Of a DNA stretch of 64,000 nt, positions 38,483 to 51,794 are shown piece after piece. The stretch lies in NCBI GenBank assembly GCA_950097015.1, contig CATNEN010000001.1, positions 25,854,001 to 25,918,000 of the forward strand. Direction: 5' to 3'. Numbering within the stretch: the first letter of the stretch is position 1; each line of letters opens with the position of its first letter. The notes under the pieces are model-generated. The model ran no database searches. It saw nothing but the letters and a program-made list of their open reading frames with translations, and was not told where the DNA came from. The position numbers and the translations under genes are program-made. The DNA is from Macrostomum hystrix (taxonomy: Eukaryota; Animalia; Platyhelminthes).

Positions 38483-40330
38483 CACCCGACGGCAGAGGTC
38501 TAGACGGGGAAAAAGCTTAAAATATCTCCCGTCTAGCCTGGAAAAAGCTCGTCTGTTAAGCTTTCTTCTATGGACTAGACCGGAAAAAGCTCATCTGTTT
38601 TAACTAACTAGTACTTCAATGCAGCAAGGCTAGAAATTAAGCGATTTATTGTGTTTTGTTTAACCTGTTAAAAATCCTAAATTTTGAAATACGACTTTGT
38701 TTTAAAGTGCTGTTTGAATAAAAACGAATTTAAAATTCATCAGCACGGGGCTGGCACTGGTATATGATTCATTATCAGGTTTGATGTTACTTGCAGAATT
38801 TACAAGCTAGTCAGTTGCTTTAAAGCTATACATAGATGTGACTTACATTGTATGGTGAAGTTGAAGATTGCTTTTTGTCGAATATGAATTTTCTTGTAAT
38901 GTAACAGTAAAGCCACTATATTACTACTTGCTAGATTAGAAAGTTGTAGTAACAGGTTACAGGAATTAACTATTAACTCAGGTTCTTTAGCTTTATGGGC
39001 TTTTTCTGATGTGAAACTTTTGTTAAGTAGAAATCAAGCTAGGCTATGCCTAGGCACGATATATTTTCTAAACATTTGATCTATTTATCCAATAATGTGC
39101 TGATAAAAACTGCATAGTTAGAACCTTTTGTTATTATTAATGCTAGTTTATATATATAAATGCTAGCTGTCCAGTCCTCTTAGTTACCCAGCCCTCTAAG
39201 CATTTGATCTATTTATCCAATAATGGGCTGATAAATACTGCTTAGTTATAGCTTTTTTGTTATTATATATGCTAGTTAGTAGTTTAATATAGGCACTCAT
39301 TTGCATGGAGAAAATTTATTGAATTGTTCTAAAATACCAAATAGCTTTTTATGTTATGATCTAGTCATATTTGTTAATTTAGAGACATTATCTATTTTAG
39401 TATTAAAATACATTTTGCAATATAAAGTATAACATATATATACCATATATATCCTGTCCTCCTAGCTACCCAGCCCTCTAGTCCTAGATATCCTGCCCCT
39501 AGCTGTCCAGTCCTAGCTAACAATCTTGCCCCCCTAGCTGGCCAGTCCTAGCTAGCTATCCTGCCCCCTAGATGTCCAGTCCTAGCTAGCTATCCTGCCC
39601 CCCCCCTAGCTAGCTATCCTGCCCCCCCTAGCTAGCTATCCTGCCCCCTAGCTGTCCAGTCCTAGCTTGCTTTCCTGCCCACTTAGCTTGCCAGTCCTAG
39701 CTAGCAGTCTTGCCCCCCCTAGCTGGCCAGTCCTAGCTAGCTATCCTGCCCCCTAGCTGTCCAGTCCTAGCTAGCAGTCTTGCCCCCCCTAGCTGTCCAG
39801 TCCTAGCTAGCAATCTTGTCCCCCCTAGCTGGCCAGTCCTAGCTAGCTATCCTGCCACCCCTAGCTAGCTATCCTGCCCCCTAGCTGTCCAGTCCTAGCT
39901 AGCCATTTTGCCCCCCCCCTAGCTGGCCAGTCCTAGCTAGCTATCCTGCCCCCCTAGCTAGCTATCCTGCCCCCTAGCTGTCCAGTCCTAGCTAGCCATC
40001 TTGCCCCCCCCTAGCTGGCCAGTCCTAGCTCGCTGTCCTGCCCCCCTAGCTAGCTATCCTGCCCCCCTAGCTGTCCAGTCCTAGCTAGCCATCTTGCCCC
40101 CCCCTAGCTGGCCAGTCCTAGCTAGCTATCCTGCCCCCCTAGCTAGCTATCCTGCCCCCCCCCCCTAGCTAGCTATCCTGCCCCCCTAGCTGTCCAGTCC
40201 TAGCTAGCCATCTTGCCCCCCCCTAGCTGGCCAGTCCTAGCTAGCTATCCTGCCCCCCTAGCTAGCTATCCTGCCCCCCCCCCTAGCTAGCTATCCTGCC
40301 CCCCTAGCTATCCTTTCCCCATAGCTGTCT
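38483..40330. repeat. Left TIR including (ctagctagctatcctgcccc)-type satellite 39450-40330
   Basis: Inverted copy of 51795-54111. Confidence 0.93.
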
Positions 40331-40547
40331 AGTCCTACGCCACCTTCCTTTCCTCCCAGCTACGCTGCCTCCTTGCTCTCTAGTCCTTTCAGCTATCCTG
40401 CCAAGTACCCTGTACTTCATTCGATTCCTTATCCTTTTGCTTTCTTATCTTATTTATCAGTCCTAGCTCTGCAGTACCTTTTAATTCTGCAACCTGCTTT
40501 GTTATTAGTATCTGTAACCTGCTGGTTTTTCGTTTTAACTTTTGCAG

Positions 40548-43500
40548 ATGGTTCACACTGCGTATTCATCCTTTTTGCAGGAAAATAAACGATTCGGTAA
40601 GATAGTATTCTTCATTGTATGTGCTTTCTTAATCCTTTTTAATTGTGTAAGTAATATAAGAATAAGTTCATGCATTTTTTTCATTTTTTTCTTGAAACGG
40701 ATGTGTATATGTACATGTTTAATGATGTGATTTTAGTTATTTAGCATATCCATGAAGCTGACAAGTCGTTTATACTGTAGCTAATTGCTCAATTTTTTTA
40801 ATTGGTTGTTATAAAGCAAAATCCCGAATGTACAGTAAAGGTAATAAAGGTGCATGATATATTTATACTGTTACTTTTCTATTTTCAGATCAACAGAAGG
40901 AGTTGGCAGCCAGATTCAAGTCTCTCTGTGGCTCGGAAAGACAGCGGCTCGCTGCAAAGGCAGCACAGACTGCCCCCAAGCTCTCAACGATAGAGAAAAT
41001 GGTAAACTGCATTTTTTTGCTTGGCGGACTCACTTTTTATCGCTACCACACCTTTTTAATTTGCTATCACACCTATCGAAAAGTTTAGCTTCGCAAGGAC
41101 CCATCGTGGAGATTTTTTTTAATTGTGGCCCGTCAGGATAAGCCACCATACTTTTCATGCAGCCCAGAAGATGTAGAACTTCATCCATTGGCGCGGCAAG
41201 TGTCAGAGGTATGAGCCACGTCTCATTGGTTAATGACCTACGCTTACTCTTGATTAATTAATAATGCTCTGTTTAAAACTATTTTTAGAAGCTTATCGGC
41301 CATTTGAAAAATCCGCCTAAAAAAAGCATAATGGGTTTGAGAAAGGCCCTTCGCAAGCAGGCTCAGGATGCATATAGTAAGTTATTTTTCTCTAGCTGGT
41401 TTTTGGGCATAGACAGATCCTAGAGAAGATCAAATTTATTTTAGCGTTCAATGTGGCTATGAATAATCTTATTGGTAATTAAGATGTGTCAGCAGTAAGA
41501 TTGTAATAGGAAACTACTTTTATTAGGGATTATATTATAGTTAAATAGACAAAACGTGACAAAAGTTGCCACATTTTTTGGATTGTTAACATTTTAGATG
41601 CAGCAGGGTTTCATGGCCGCGTCCAATGGAAGAAGTTGCCTATAATTGGCCAATTCGAACCATGGTTATGCGATCCTACATGGATGACAATGGAGTCTAT
41701 TAAAGCGGCACTTTCGAGCCCTATCGTATTCCATCCATCAAAATCAGGTCTTAGTTTTAGTTCTTACTTCTTACTTAGCTAAACTTACTTACTTACTAAC
41801 TAAACTAAACTAAACTAAACTAAACTAAACTAACTAATAAACTAAACTTACTTCTTAGTTTAGCGCACAATATGAAGTTATTTCGTTATTTACACTGCTT
41901 TACTTTACCGATTTATACGATAAAGGTGATTTTAATTAGTGCAGAGAAGTTTGAGTGCTTTGAAATATCGTCTAGCTGTTTCCGTTTATTCACTGACTGA
42001 TTTATCCTTATTTTAAAATCATGACTCAATTTAAACTAGCCGTTTTGTTTAATTTCTTTATTTCTCTCCAGTTCCAATCGACGTAAGCGAACCCGAAGGC
42101 AACGAAGACCATATCGACCAATCAGAAGACCTTGACTGGCCGAGCTCCGGCGGTCCGCACTTCGGTGTGCCGAGCTCCAGTGGGCCTAGAGGCGGTGGGC
42201 CTAGTGGCGGCGGGCCGAACTCCAGCGGGCCTAGAAGCGGTGGGCCGAACTCCAGCGGGCCTAGAAGCGGTGGGCCTAGTGGCGGCGGGCCGAACTCCAG
42301 CGGGCCTAGAGGCGGTGGGCCTAGTGGCGGCGGGCCGAACTCCAGCGGGCCTAGAAGCGGTGGGCCGAACTCCAGCGGGCCTAGAAGCGGCGGGCCGAAC
42401 TCCAGCGGGCCTAGAAGCGGCGGGCCGAACTCCAGCGGGCCTAGAGGCGGTGGGCCTAGTGGCGTCGGGCCGAACTCCAGCGGGCCTAGAGGCGGCGGGC
42501 CGAACTCCAGCGGGCCTAGAGGCGGCGGGCCGAACTCCAGCGGGCCTAGAAGCGGTGGGCCTAGTGGCGGCGGGCCGAACTCCAGCGGGCCTAGAAGCGG
42601 TGGGCCTAGTGGCGGCGGGCCGAACTCCAGCGGGCCTAGAGGCGGTGGGCCTAGTGGCGGCGGGCCGAACTCCAGCGGGCCTAGAAGCGGTGGGCCGAAC
42701 TCCAGCGGGCCTAGAAGCGGCGGGCCGAACTCCAGCGGGCCTAGAAGCGGCGGGCCGAACTCCAGCGGGCCTAGAGGCGGTGGGCCTAGTGGCGTCGGGC
42801 CGAACTCCAGCGGGCCTAGAGGCGGCGGGCCGAACTCCAGCGGGCCTAGAGGCGGCGGGCCGAACTCCAGCGGGCCTAGAAGCGGTGGGCCTAGTGGCGG
42901 CGGGCCGAACTCCAGCGGGCCTAGAAGCGGTGGGCCTAGTGGCGGCGGGCCGAACTCCAGCGGGCCTAGAGGCGGTGGGCCTAGTGGCGGCGGGCCGAAC
43001 TCCAGCGGGCCTAGAAGCGGTGGGCCGAACTCCAGCGGGCCTAGAAGCGGCGGGCCGAACTCCAGCGGGCCTAGAAGCGGCGGGCCGAACTCCAGCGGGC
43101 CTAGAGGCGGTGGGCCTAGTGGCGTCGGGCCGAACTCCAGCGGGCCTAGAGGCGGCGGGCCGAACTCCAGCGGGCCTAGAGGCGGCGGGCCGAACTCCAG
43201 CGGGCCTAGAAGCGGTGGGCCTAGTGGCGGCGGGCCGAACTCCAGCGGGCCTAGAAGCGGTGGGCCTAGTGGCGGCGGGCCTAGAGGCGGTGGGCCTAGT
43301 GGCGGCGGGCCGAACTCCAGCGGGCCTAAAAGCGGTGGGCCGAACTCCAGCGGGCCTAGAAGCGGCGGGCCGAACTCCAGCGGGCCTAGAAGCGGCGGGC
43401 CGAACTCCAGCGGGCCTGAAAGCGGTGGGCCGAACTCCGGTGGACCAGGAAGCGGCGGGCCTAGAGGCGGCGGGCCGAACTCCAGCGGGCCTAGAAGCGG

Positions 43501-43591
43501 CGGGCCTGAAAGCGGTGGGCCGACAAGGGATGGGGATTTAGCTAATAATGTTTTGTATGAAGATGGAGAACTTTTTGTTCTTGCTGATTAA
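40548..43591 (+). CDS. Transposon accessory protein: HMG-box-like N-terminus + Gly/Ser/Pro/Arg/Asn repeat tail (~680 aa)
   Basis: Six GT-AG exons (40548-40596, 40889-41001, 41089-41208, 41289-41376, 41598-41747, 42072-43591) splice into one stop-free frame. N-terminus [41 protein letters not shown] resembles an HMG box. Confidence 0.75.
42167..43520 (+). repeat. Coding minisatellite (30-bp [10 protein letters not shown] and 15-bp GPSGG units; 330-bp higher-order repeat)
   Basis: The diagnostic ggcgtc variant recurs at 42461, 42791 and 43121. Confidence 0.95.
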
Positions 43592-45880
43592 TTATGCTTC
43601 TTAACATGGCGCGCAGCACAAAGTTATTTCGCAATATATATTTTACTGCAAAGTAGTTTGAGTGCTTTGAAACATGGTCTTGCTGTTTTGTATTAGATAA
43701 TTTGTGATTTGATGATTTGTACGAGCTATGTAGAACTTTTTGTTTTTACTGATTAATTTTGCTCGTTTCGGGTGGGTGCGGTGGGTGGTAATTGAGGGTG
43801 GGTGCCGGGTCCCCTCAGTCCATGGACTGAACAGCCGTTCGCAGCCTTCAGGTGCGCCGCGCAGTAGCTGCCAGCTGTGCTGTCGGATGCACATGTGGCA
43901 AGATTGGGACAGGCGTAATCGATTATTATTAAAAATATTATTATCATCGTAGTGCGAGTGCACACAAAGTCTTGCACTTTTGAATCCACCACCAAAAATT
44001 AAAACGGCAATATTGTTTTCGTGACCTAGACAAGGCACGCAATTTATGTTATCAATGTTTGAACAGAATGTGCAGCTGAAGAGAATTAAAAAAAATGCTT
44101 CCTGTTTTCCACTTCTTTCAAGTACAAACTAAAAAACTGTCGAGGCAGATTGAGAGGCGGCGGATAGCAGTACATGTGCCACGGATGGTCGTATGCGACC
44201 GGCCAAATTGTCGACCAACTGCACGGATCGTAAACGAGTATACTGGGCAGCGGCAGCTTTAATAATCCAACTCTCCCTCACCCCAACCAAAGGCTTAGCA
44301 CCTTGCGCGTTGTGCGAATTGCGCAAGTTACAATACTGCGGAGAGGGAAATGGATCACTAGTTGGGATGAGTGAGTTATTCAGGGTGGACACGCGCAGGT
44401 TTCAATTGCGCAAGTTGTGATAGGAGGGAGAAATTGCTCACTTGCTCATGTGAACACTTTTCAATGTCCAATAGTGTAACACTGACAATATCAAAGCGTA
44501 GCTTTTAACAGATATTAAGGGATAACTCTGATATCATAGCCTAGCACTGGTAGTAGGTTAGTTTTAGGGTAGATTGTACAGATTCGATTTTAGGATATTG
44601 GGATTTAGGGAAGTGCTTAGAAGATAAAAACATTTACGTGGGGAACTTTTAGTGACAATCGTATACTAAAATAGTTGCTTACAAAAATAGTAGGGGCATT
44701 AAAACAGTAAACGCTTATTCTTCCTTTTAATAATATACTTTATCGATACTCACGGCTGCATCTTATTCGTCCGTCCGTTATTTATAAGATCGGAGGTTTT
44801 GTCTGCACATCTGTTCTCGAGATGTCGGTTTTCGAGCAGTCAGATTTTTTTACATTTTCCATGAAATTAGGTAAAGAGAAGGTAAATTCCTAAGGTGAGT
44901 TCTGTACCGCTGGCTTAGCCGACCAACACCTAGAATCATGCTGATGATGCGTTCCTTGATACACAAACAACCATGAGCTGTAAACTTTGGCACGAGGACC
45001 ATTAGTAAAAGGGATGTTACACTACTCATAAGCATAAAAGGATATGAAAAAATGAAATGCCGCCTTCGGCAAAACCGGGCGACCAGACTTGGGGTAAACC
45101 CCGAACCCGGAACCCGACCCGGACCCAAAAACCGACCCGACCCCGAACTTTACCCGACTATCTCCTGGACTTGGAGTGATGGCTAAGAAGAGTACTTGTC
45201 TTAAAATACCGCCTTTTCCTTTTTCTACTTTTCTATTGTTAACTCTTCTCCCCCACTATCACTACACTACTCGACTCCTCGGACAGTCGTACTCTTCACT
45301 TTACCCTCTACTCCTGAAAGCCTCAGGCAGGTTTGTATGTTAAAAATTCAGATTTAAGTTGCTGACGTGGGATTACATAGCTAACGAAGTAAAAAGAAAA
45401 CATAATTAAAGACCATTTAAAGACATAATGCAGAATTAGGATGAGCTGTTTAGACTTTAGAAATATGTATATCTATATGTATGTATTATAATTCAAGGCC
45501 TAAAATTCGTAGAATGATTTATATACATTAGAATGACTAAGGCATCACGATTATTAATTCATTAGTGCAGTGCAAATTACGCCAGTTCAGTTTAAGAAAA
45601 AAATATTTTTGAAATGGCGCGATTTCGAAAGACGCTTTATCACGTAATAAGGCAATACTTAAATAAAACTGATAATAATAAAAACACCGGAAACCTGAAC
45701 CCGGTACCAAAACCCGACCCGAAAACCCGAACCCGAACACCCAACCCCGAACCTCGAACCCGACCCGGACATCTACACCCGAACCCGGTACCAAAACCAA
45801 GAGCAAGAAAACTGAGAAACTTCAATTCTAGACTTCATTTGCTTTCAAAGACTATAGTCTGAAGCTACATGTATACTGCA

Positions 45881-46290
45881 TACGAGGGGGTTAAAAAGTT
45901 TTGCCGTTGACTACTTTGAGAAGCCACTTCTACTCTTCGAGAAGAAGCTAAAAGTTTGGGGAATCAAAGGTTCGGATCCATGCACCCATGAAAGCTCGTC
46001 GAGAGGCATTTCTAGAAGGCAATGCGCATGACACTTGTTCTGCGACCGCACTGGACCCCTTACGATCGAGCTTATGCAGGAGCCTGACACAAGCATCAAT
46101 TCTGATCGCTACATGTACATGTACTGAAGGATGCATGACATTCAAAACAAGCGTCACAGAGACACCAAGCCCTTCATTCTCCATCACGATAATGCAATAA
46201 CACACACTGCTCAGAAGACCACTGAGGCTGTCACAAGGCTCAAACCTTCTGCCACACCCGCCATACTCGGCCAATTAGCTTTGCTCGACT
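45881..46290 (+). mobile_element. Mariner relic
   Basis: TACGAGGG-type TIR start and ILHHDNAITHTA catalytic-motif fragment. Confidence 0.6.
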
Positions 46291-47183
46291 GGCTCACTAC
46301 AGTCTGCAGCAGCAAGCACCAGGACGCAGGTGTCGAGCGGCGCTTCGTGCCGCCCTTCCTGCGTTCCTCCCGTACATGTACTTTTGTGTCTCAACCCCTT
46401 GCCCAGTGTATTTGCAATTACCCCCACCAGCCCAATCCGGTTCTCCGGTTTGTCTGGCCCTCGGCTTAGCCAGGCAGGCCGCTGATTGGCTGCAAACACT
46501 TATTTTCTCGACGCTCTAATTCTCTTCTTCGCCTCTCGGCTCTACTGCAGCCTGCCCCAACCCCAACACCCAACTCGGGGTGGCTAAGCCCCACTCCTCC
46601 CCTTCTCACCTCCATGGATGCGAGGCTGGTGCGAGCCAATTTTGCGTCTGCCACCCCCTGGCAATGTCATTGGCTGGAGGGCGCAGCCCGGCCCCGCCCC
46701 TGCTCTGATTCTCTCGCCCCTCCCCGCCACTATTTATTTGTGCGCTCCGCTCGCCATGCCATAACGCGCTCTCGACCGCCCTACCCTGCTTAATTGCTCC
46801 GGAAAACTTGGTTTGACGCGCGGTCTCTTACTCCGACGAATCAAATCGATTACCTAAGATCAGATTTTGACACTTAGAAGAACCACACAGTGCATTGCGG
46901 TGAGCGCAGGCACAGAGCAGAGGATTGCCAATAATACTGAGCAGTCAGCGCGTGCACGACCTGCACTACTAGCCCGAGACGCGATTTATGAGCTCCCGGT
47001 AAGATTCGACTTTCCGCGTTTATTATTTCACCTGGTTGTTCTCATTGCTCGAGCGTCTTCGGTTATTTACGTTACGTTCGATGGAGTCCGAGTGGCCGTC
47101 TGCTCACTCGACACTTTTATTATCCGTTATTTCGATCATTATTGTCTGCAAAGTGTCCGTACGCCTCCAGGCTTTTGCTTACC

Positions 47184-47310
47184 CTAACACTCTGTAGTGC
47201 ACAAGACCGACTGCAGGTGAGATGGCCAGGCAGATGCTGAGGTTCTGACCGCGCTGACCATTCACAGTCGCATTGGTTCTGTCCGATTGAGATGTCCAAC
47301 CCAGCAGAAA
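47184..47310 (-). pseudogene. IS630/Tc1-like transposase fragment related to 27153-27863
   Basis: VNGQRGQNLSICLAISPAVGLVHY matches VNGQRGQNLTICLAISGVHSLVHF. Confidence 0.7.
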
Positions 47311-47920
47311 TTGCAGAAATTGCTTGCAAACTTGCCTAACTAGCATGCAAAAAGGTACGGTATAGTCGAACTCCACAGCTTAATTACAGTGAATGAGACT
47401 AGGCAAATATGCATTTACGTGTCAATTCCGATATTCATGGTAGATCGGCTACTGCTAGTAGTTAAGCAGAATTATGAAAAAAACGAAGGCGCATTAACAC
47501 TGCCTTTTAGGGTTTGACATTTGGTTTGTTGTTACTTTTTAGCAAAGTAACTGCGACCATATCCAATCAATTTTCAAAATGGACGCGAATTCTCGCTTCT
47601 CTCGCCACTGTGGCATAAGAATTGTGCTCAAAGTAACAATTATTATTAACTAAATCGCAGCACTGAAAACAAAAGTAATAAAATAGCGCGCTAGTGAGTA
47701 GATTCACAAAGTTGTTTTGATGTAAATCCACAGTCAGCAAGAAATACAAGAAATACAATTTTCCGTATTAAGGAAGATTGTACTGCAACAATATAAATGG
47801 GAACTGTAGGAAGTAATTGTGCACACCAATAACACATCGAAAAAATTTCTTCTGTTGCAGTTAAATGAGTTAGAAAATAACAGAAAGAAAAAAACTTTTA
47901 TCTTGCACGACACCGTAAAA

Positions 47921-50900
47921 TCAATGCATTTGTGCGATCACATCAACGCATTGAAACCGCAGGTCTTCAAGGACATGGCGACAATGGGAAAGCAAGCCTG
48001 TTTTGCCTTGTAACGACTCGATTTCTTGATAGAGCCGTAACTGCAGACGCGAAGCTTCTTCGCGGATCAGATTTTTCTCCTCACCTATTCGGGAAAATAG
48101 AGACGAAGCTTCGATCATGAGAAGACGATACCGTGCAGCAGGTTCAGATAGAGACACGCCGCAGTAGACATCGGCCGTTGGATTGTAATATGTGGCCAGA
48201 GGTTCCCGTGAAAATTGTGGCAGATCCTTGGACCAAATGGCCGCCATTTCGCGCTGAACAACAGACAATCGCGCGATGTACACCTTGGCGTCGCTTTGTG
48301 CACTGCATTGGCGAAGGCTTGCATACAAGCGCAGCCGCTCAACAGCTCCGCACCGAAGGCGCTCTAATGGAGTCAGCGGAGAGGATTCTTCTTCAACTAA
48401 ATACTCCTGAAGGTGCAGCTGTCCTCGTAGAAATAGCTGGTGCGGCTCACGATCTGAAAAATATGATTTCATTGCACGACTGTTTTATTGCTTTACTCAC
48501 GCGAGACAACCGCAATTAAGGCAGTGTGTTACCTTCTGGAAGCAATTTCTGCAAGAGACTGGTCAGAGACGCCGAGTGCCTGCGCAGCAAACGAAGTCTG
48601 TTTTGCAGCCATTTCCCTGGAGTGGAGGAAGTTGAAAAAAATTCTTTCAATAAATCGGCGCCCATAAATGATAACCGCCATCGAATAACTGAATAAATGA
48701 CATCCATTTTTAATACATTTGCTGTCAAAAGTTGAGGATATATACATTTTCAACCTTTAAACTGAGAAAATATGCGACAGAGAACAGAGAGATAGCATTA
48801 AAGTAAAAGGACAAAAAATCAAACACTGACCACATTCCAGTAAGTGACTGACATTCGAACGCCAAATGTAATGAGCTAGAGTGTAAGTGCGGTGGTCAAT
48901 GCGCATCTCCTTTAACTGTGGGCCGTATGGTCGGAACGATGAATTCAACCTCTCACAGTGTTCGCCATCGGTTAGGCCGCAGCCTTCAACGAATCTAACT
49001 GAGTTTTTTAGCTGAAATATGAAATAATAGGAATGATATGTGGCAAAAAATATAATGTACAATCAAAACTATTTTCTTTCTTGTTTTGGTACGAACAAAT
49101 GTAATACGAAATTTATAAATGAGACACAAAATACATACTCGGCAGGATGTCTTGTGAGCGAATGCATGAAAGGCGTTTACAGCAGGAACAATGGTTACAT
49201 ATGGATAGTCAGCCGCGATCTGCTGCAATCGACGGAACATCTTGCAGGCAATGTCATAGACAAAGATGACTACCCCATTTACGCCACTTGCTTCCAAGAA
49301 GTATCGAAGACATTGTTCAGCGTATACAAGGCGTTCTCCTGGCGATCGGATGTCAGCGCATGAAACTATAATTGAGTGGCGACAGGAGAGCATGAAGAGT
49401 CCGTTAACATCAAGGGCTCTTGAAGAAATTCTCCGAGTGACTGAGCCAGCTTGAAAATTCGAACACGAAGCAGTATCTTCGCCAGCTTCCTTGGGATCGA
49501 CATCAACATGAATAAAAGGTGCCGGAAGACGACCATCGAGTGGTGATGGACACAGCTGCTGACCAGCCCGGCGTCTGTGACGCAAACCCATGCACCCATC
49601 TCCTGTGACGATTGTTGTGGACGGCAACGAACCTGGAGTGTTCTGAATAATTTGACGGATCCGCGATTTAAATTTTACAACAATTATTGATTCGTGTATA
49701 CATGCGAATGCTTGCATTTTAGTAAATTTCAACAGTGATCTAATTAAGAGCAGCAATTTAGAAATTAGACACCGTAGCTGGGGTAGCAAATTTTAGACAC
49801 AATGTGCACTTCGTCTATCGTCTTTCCTAAGGAAAACCTGCTCAATTTCGAAAAACAGTAGCAAGTTATTACTCACAGCATCTGGACACAACAAGCAACC
49901 GGTCGGCCAAGGAAGCACATCGCGAAGAAGTTGCCTATATCTTTTAAGCACATCGTTTCGACGAAGAGCATCGTATAAATGCAGCCATGTCTGGAAACGA
50001 AAATGTTTTTCCAATTGTTATCGGCTTTGAGTTTGTTGGTAAAACGCTCTATACTTAACCATATTTATATTTTAAGATACTATCCCATTTTTAGTATATA
50101 GGACTAGAAGATACAAGTTTTTTATAACTTACGCGCTGTCGACCCTCAGTGATATTATCAAACGTAAGCAAGCAGCGCACAGCTCGTAGAAGTGACATCT
50201 TTCCGTCGGATGTGAGACAATCGAGCATATCCAGAAGTCTCTTGTGAATGAATTTGTCGGAACTAACTTTTGTAACAGGAAAGTAGCCCGCAATAAGCAT
50301 AGCATCGTTAATAGAACATTCCGCACAAAGATGAACTGACACAAAGATGCGATCTAAAATGATATTGCCCCAGAATGTAAATACGTAAAACAATGTTAAT
50401 ACGGGTAGCACCATCGCAATACACAGCAAATGTTAAAAATTACGTACGACCAAGATGGTCGTATACATTAGCAGACGTGCTACTATGTAAATCCTCTCGG
50501 GAATTAACACAGCAATGAATGACAGGCCGCTCAGCAGGAGTAGAGTCTTGGTACATCTCTCCCTATAATGAGTTTGAAGAGTAAACGAAAGTCACATCCA
50601 CGACATAAGAAGATGCACTTTCATATGAAGTTATGAACAGTCAACTTACATTCCACTCGGTAAATTTGTGCACCAGAAAGGTGCCATGCGTATCTTTCAT
50701 ACAATCCGAGCAGAATTTGCTGGCGCATGTAGTACAATATACGAAACCATCATTCATGCAGCGGCAGCACGGCTGTAGAATAAATTGCTTTAGACAAGCA
50801 GACGACTGCTGCTCAATAACTGGTTCTTCTCGCTCCCAGTCCTGTAGAGGCTGCTGCAACTTTGGTGATGCTGCCACGGAATCTACGACGTCCCAGTCCC

Positions 50901-51075
50901 TTTCTGCATGATCTGATACATGATCTGCTACAGAATGCTGAGAAGCTGCGGATTCCTGACTGCTTTGAGTAGTTTGCCGGTTAAAGTTGGCTCTAGCGAC
51001 ATTATAGGGCAGAAAGAGTGAACCACGGCCGCGGCGCCGCGATACTCGGATGCCAAGATTTACTGAACGAGGAAA
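47921..51075 (-). CDS. KDZ transposase, multi-exon, with N-terminal B-box-like and CxC-like Cys clusters
   Basis: Motifs GDGCMGL, GLFMLSCRH, GERLVYA, YDIACK, NAFHAFAH..C, GCGLTDGEHCERLNS, LIAGYFP and C..C....YC..C...C..C...H....H, in GT-AG-bounded exons. First exon not located. Confidence 0.85.
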
Positions 51076-51137
51076 CTGAAATAAAATAAAGCATAAGAAA
51101 ACTACAGTAAGGAAAAAGGAACAAAGTAGTGCTACAG

Positions 51138-51450
51138 CAGGGCAGGGGCTGGTGGTGGGGCAGGGGCAGGACTACTGCAGGGTTTGGGCAGGGGATGGGA
51201 CTGGGCAGGGGCAGGGGGTTTGGGGCAGGGGCAGGGACAGGGGGTTGGGGCAGGGGCAGGGGGTTGGGGCAGGGGCAGGGACAGGGGGTTGGGGCAGGGG
51301 CAGGGACAGGGGGTCGGGGCTGGAGCAGGGGCAGCGGCTGAGGCTGGGTCTAGGGCAGGGGTAGGGCATCGGTAGAGGCAAGGGGTGGGGTAGGGGCCAG
51401 ACAAGGGCAGTGCGAAAGTTGGACAGGGGCAGGGGCAGGGGCAGAGCAGG
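51138..51450. repeat. G-rich (ggggca/ggggtt) low-complexity tract
   Basis: Dense G4-5 runs. Confidence 0.9.
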
Positions 51451-51794
51451 GTCCGTGTCATATAAAGGGAACATAATAAATGACTTCGTTAAATCCAGCT
51501 TTATAGGCCACAGCTTGTAGTATATAAATATAACCTTCTAGCTAGTGGTTGGTATAGCTACCCTGGTAAGGTTGGCAGGTTGCTCATAACTGGAGATTTA
51601 TCTTAATTTAAGTAATTAAATGAAATATGAATTGTATCTCATTTGTCATATAATAGTTTAGGAAATCAAATAGATATAGCCTTATTTAATCACTTCGAAA
51701 TAGTGCCTCGGTTAGCAATATAAAATCATAAACCAAGTTTAATAAATTATTCTTTATAATAAATTATAAAGAAAAAAAGTATTCTTGTATAAAT

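Noticed and set aside
42132-43541. Alternative 469-aa [10 protein letters not shown] frame
   Set aside because: It is a shadow frame of the repeat; the splice phase from upstream exons selects the GPNSSGPR frame.
43643-44420. Possible third cargo gene in the KDZ element (Cys-containing short ORFs, protease-like?)
   Set aside because: The GC-rich patches look exon-like, but I could not build a consistent spliced model or recognise a motif.
44745-45810. aacccg-rich segments and a HINE-like start
   Set aside because: Probably a nested non-autonomous repeat, but no termini could be defined; not telomeric repeat.
51129-51474. Gly- or Pro/Cys-rich ORFs
   Set aside because: Artefacts of the G-rich low-complexity tract.
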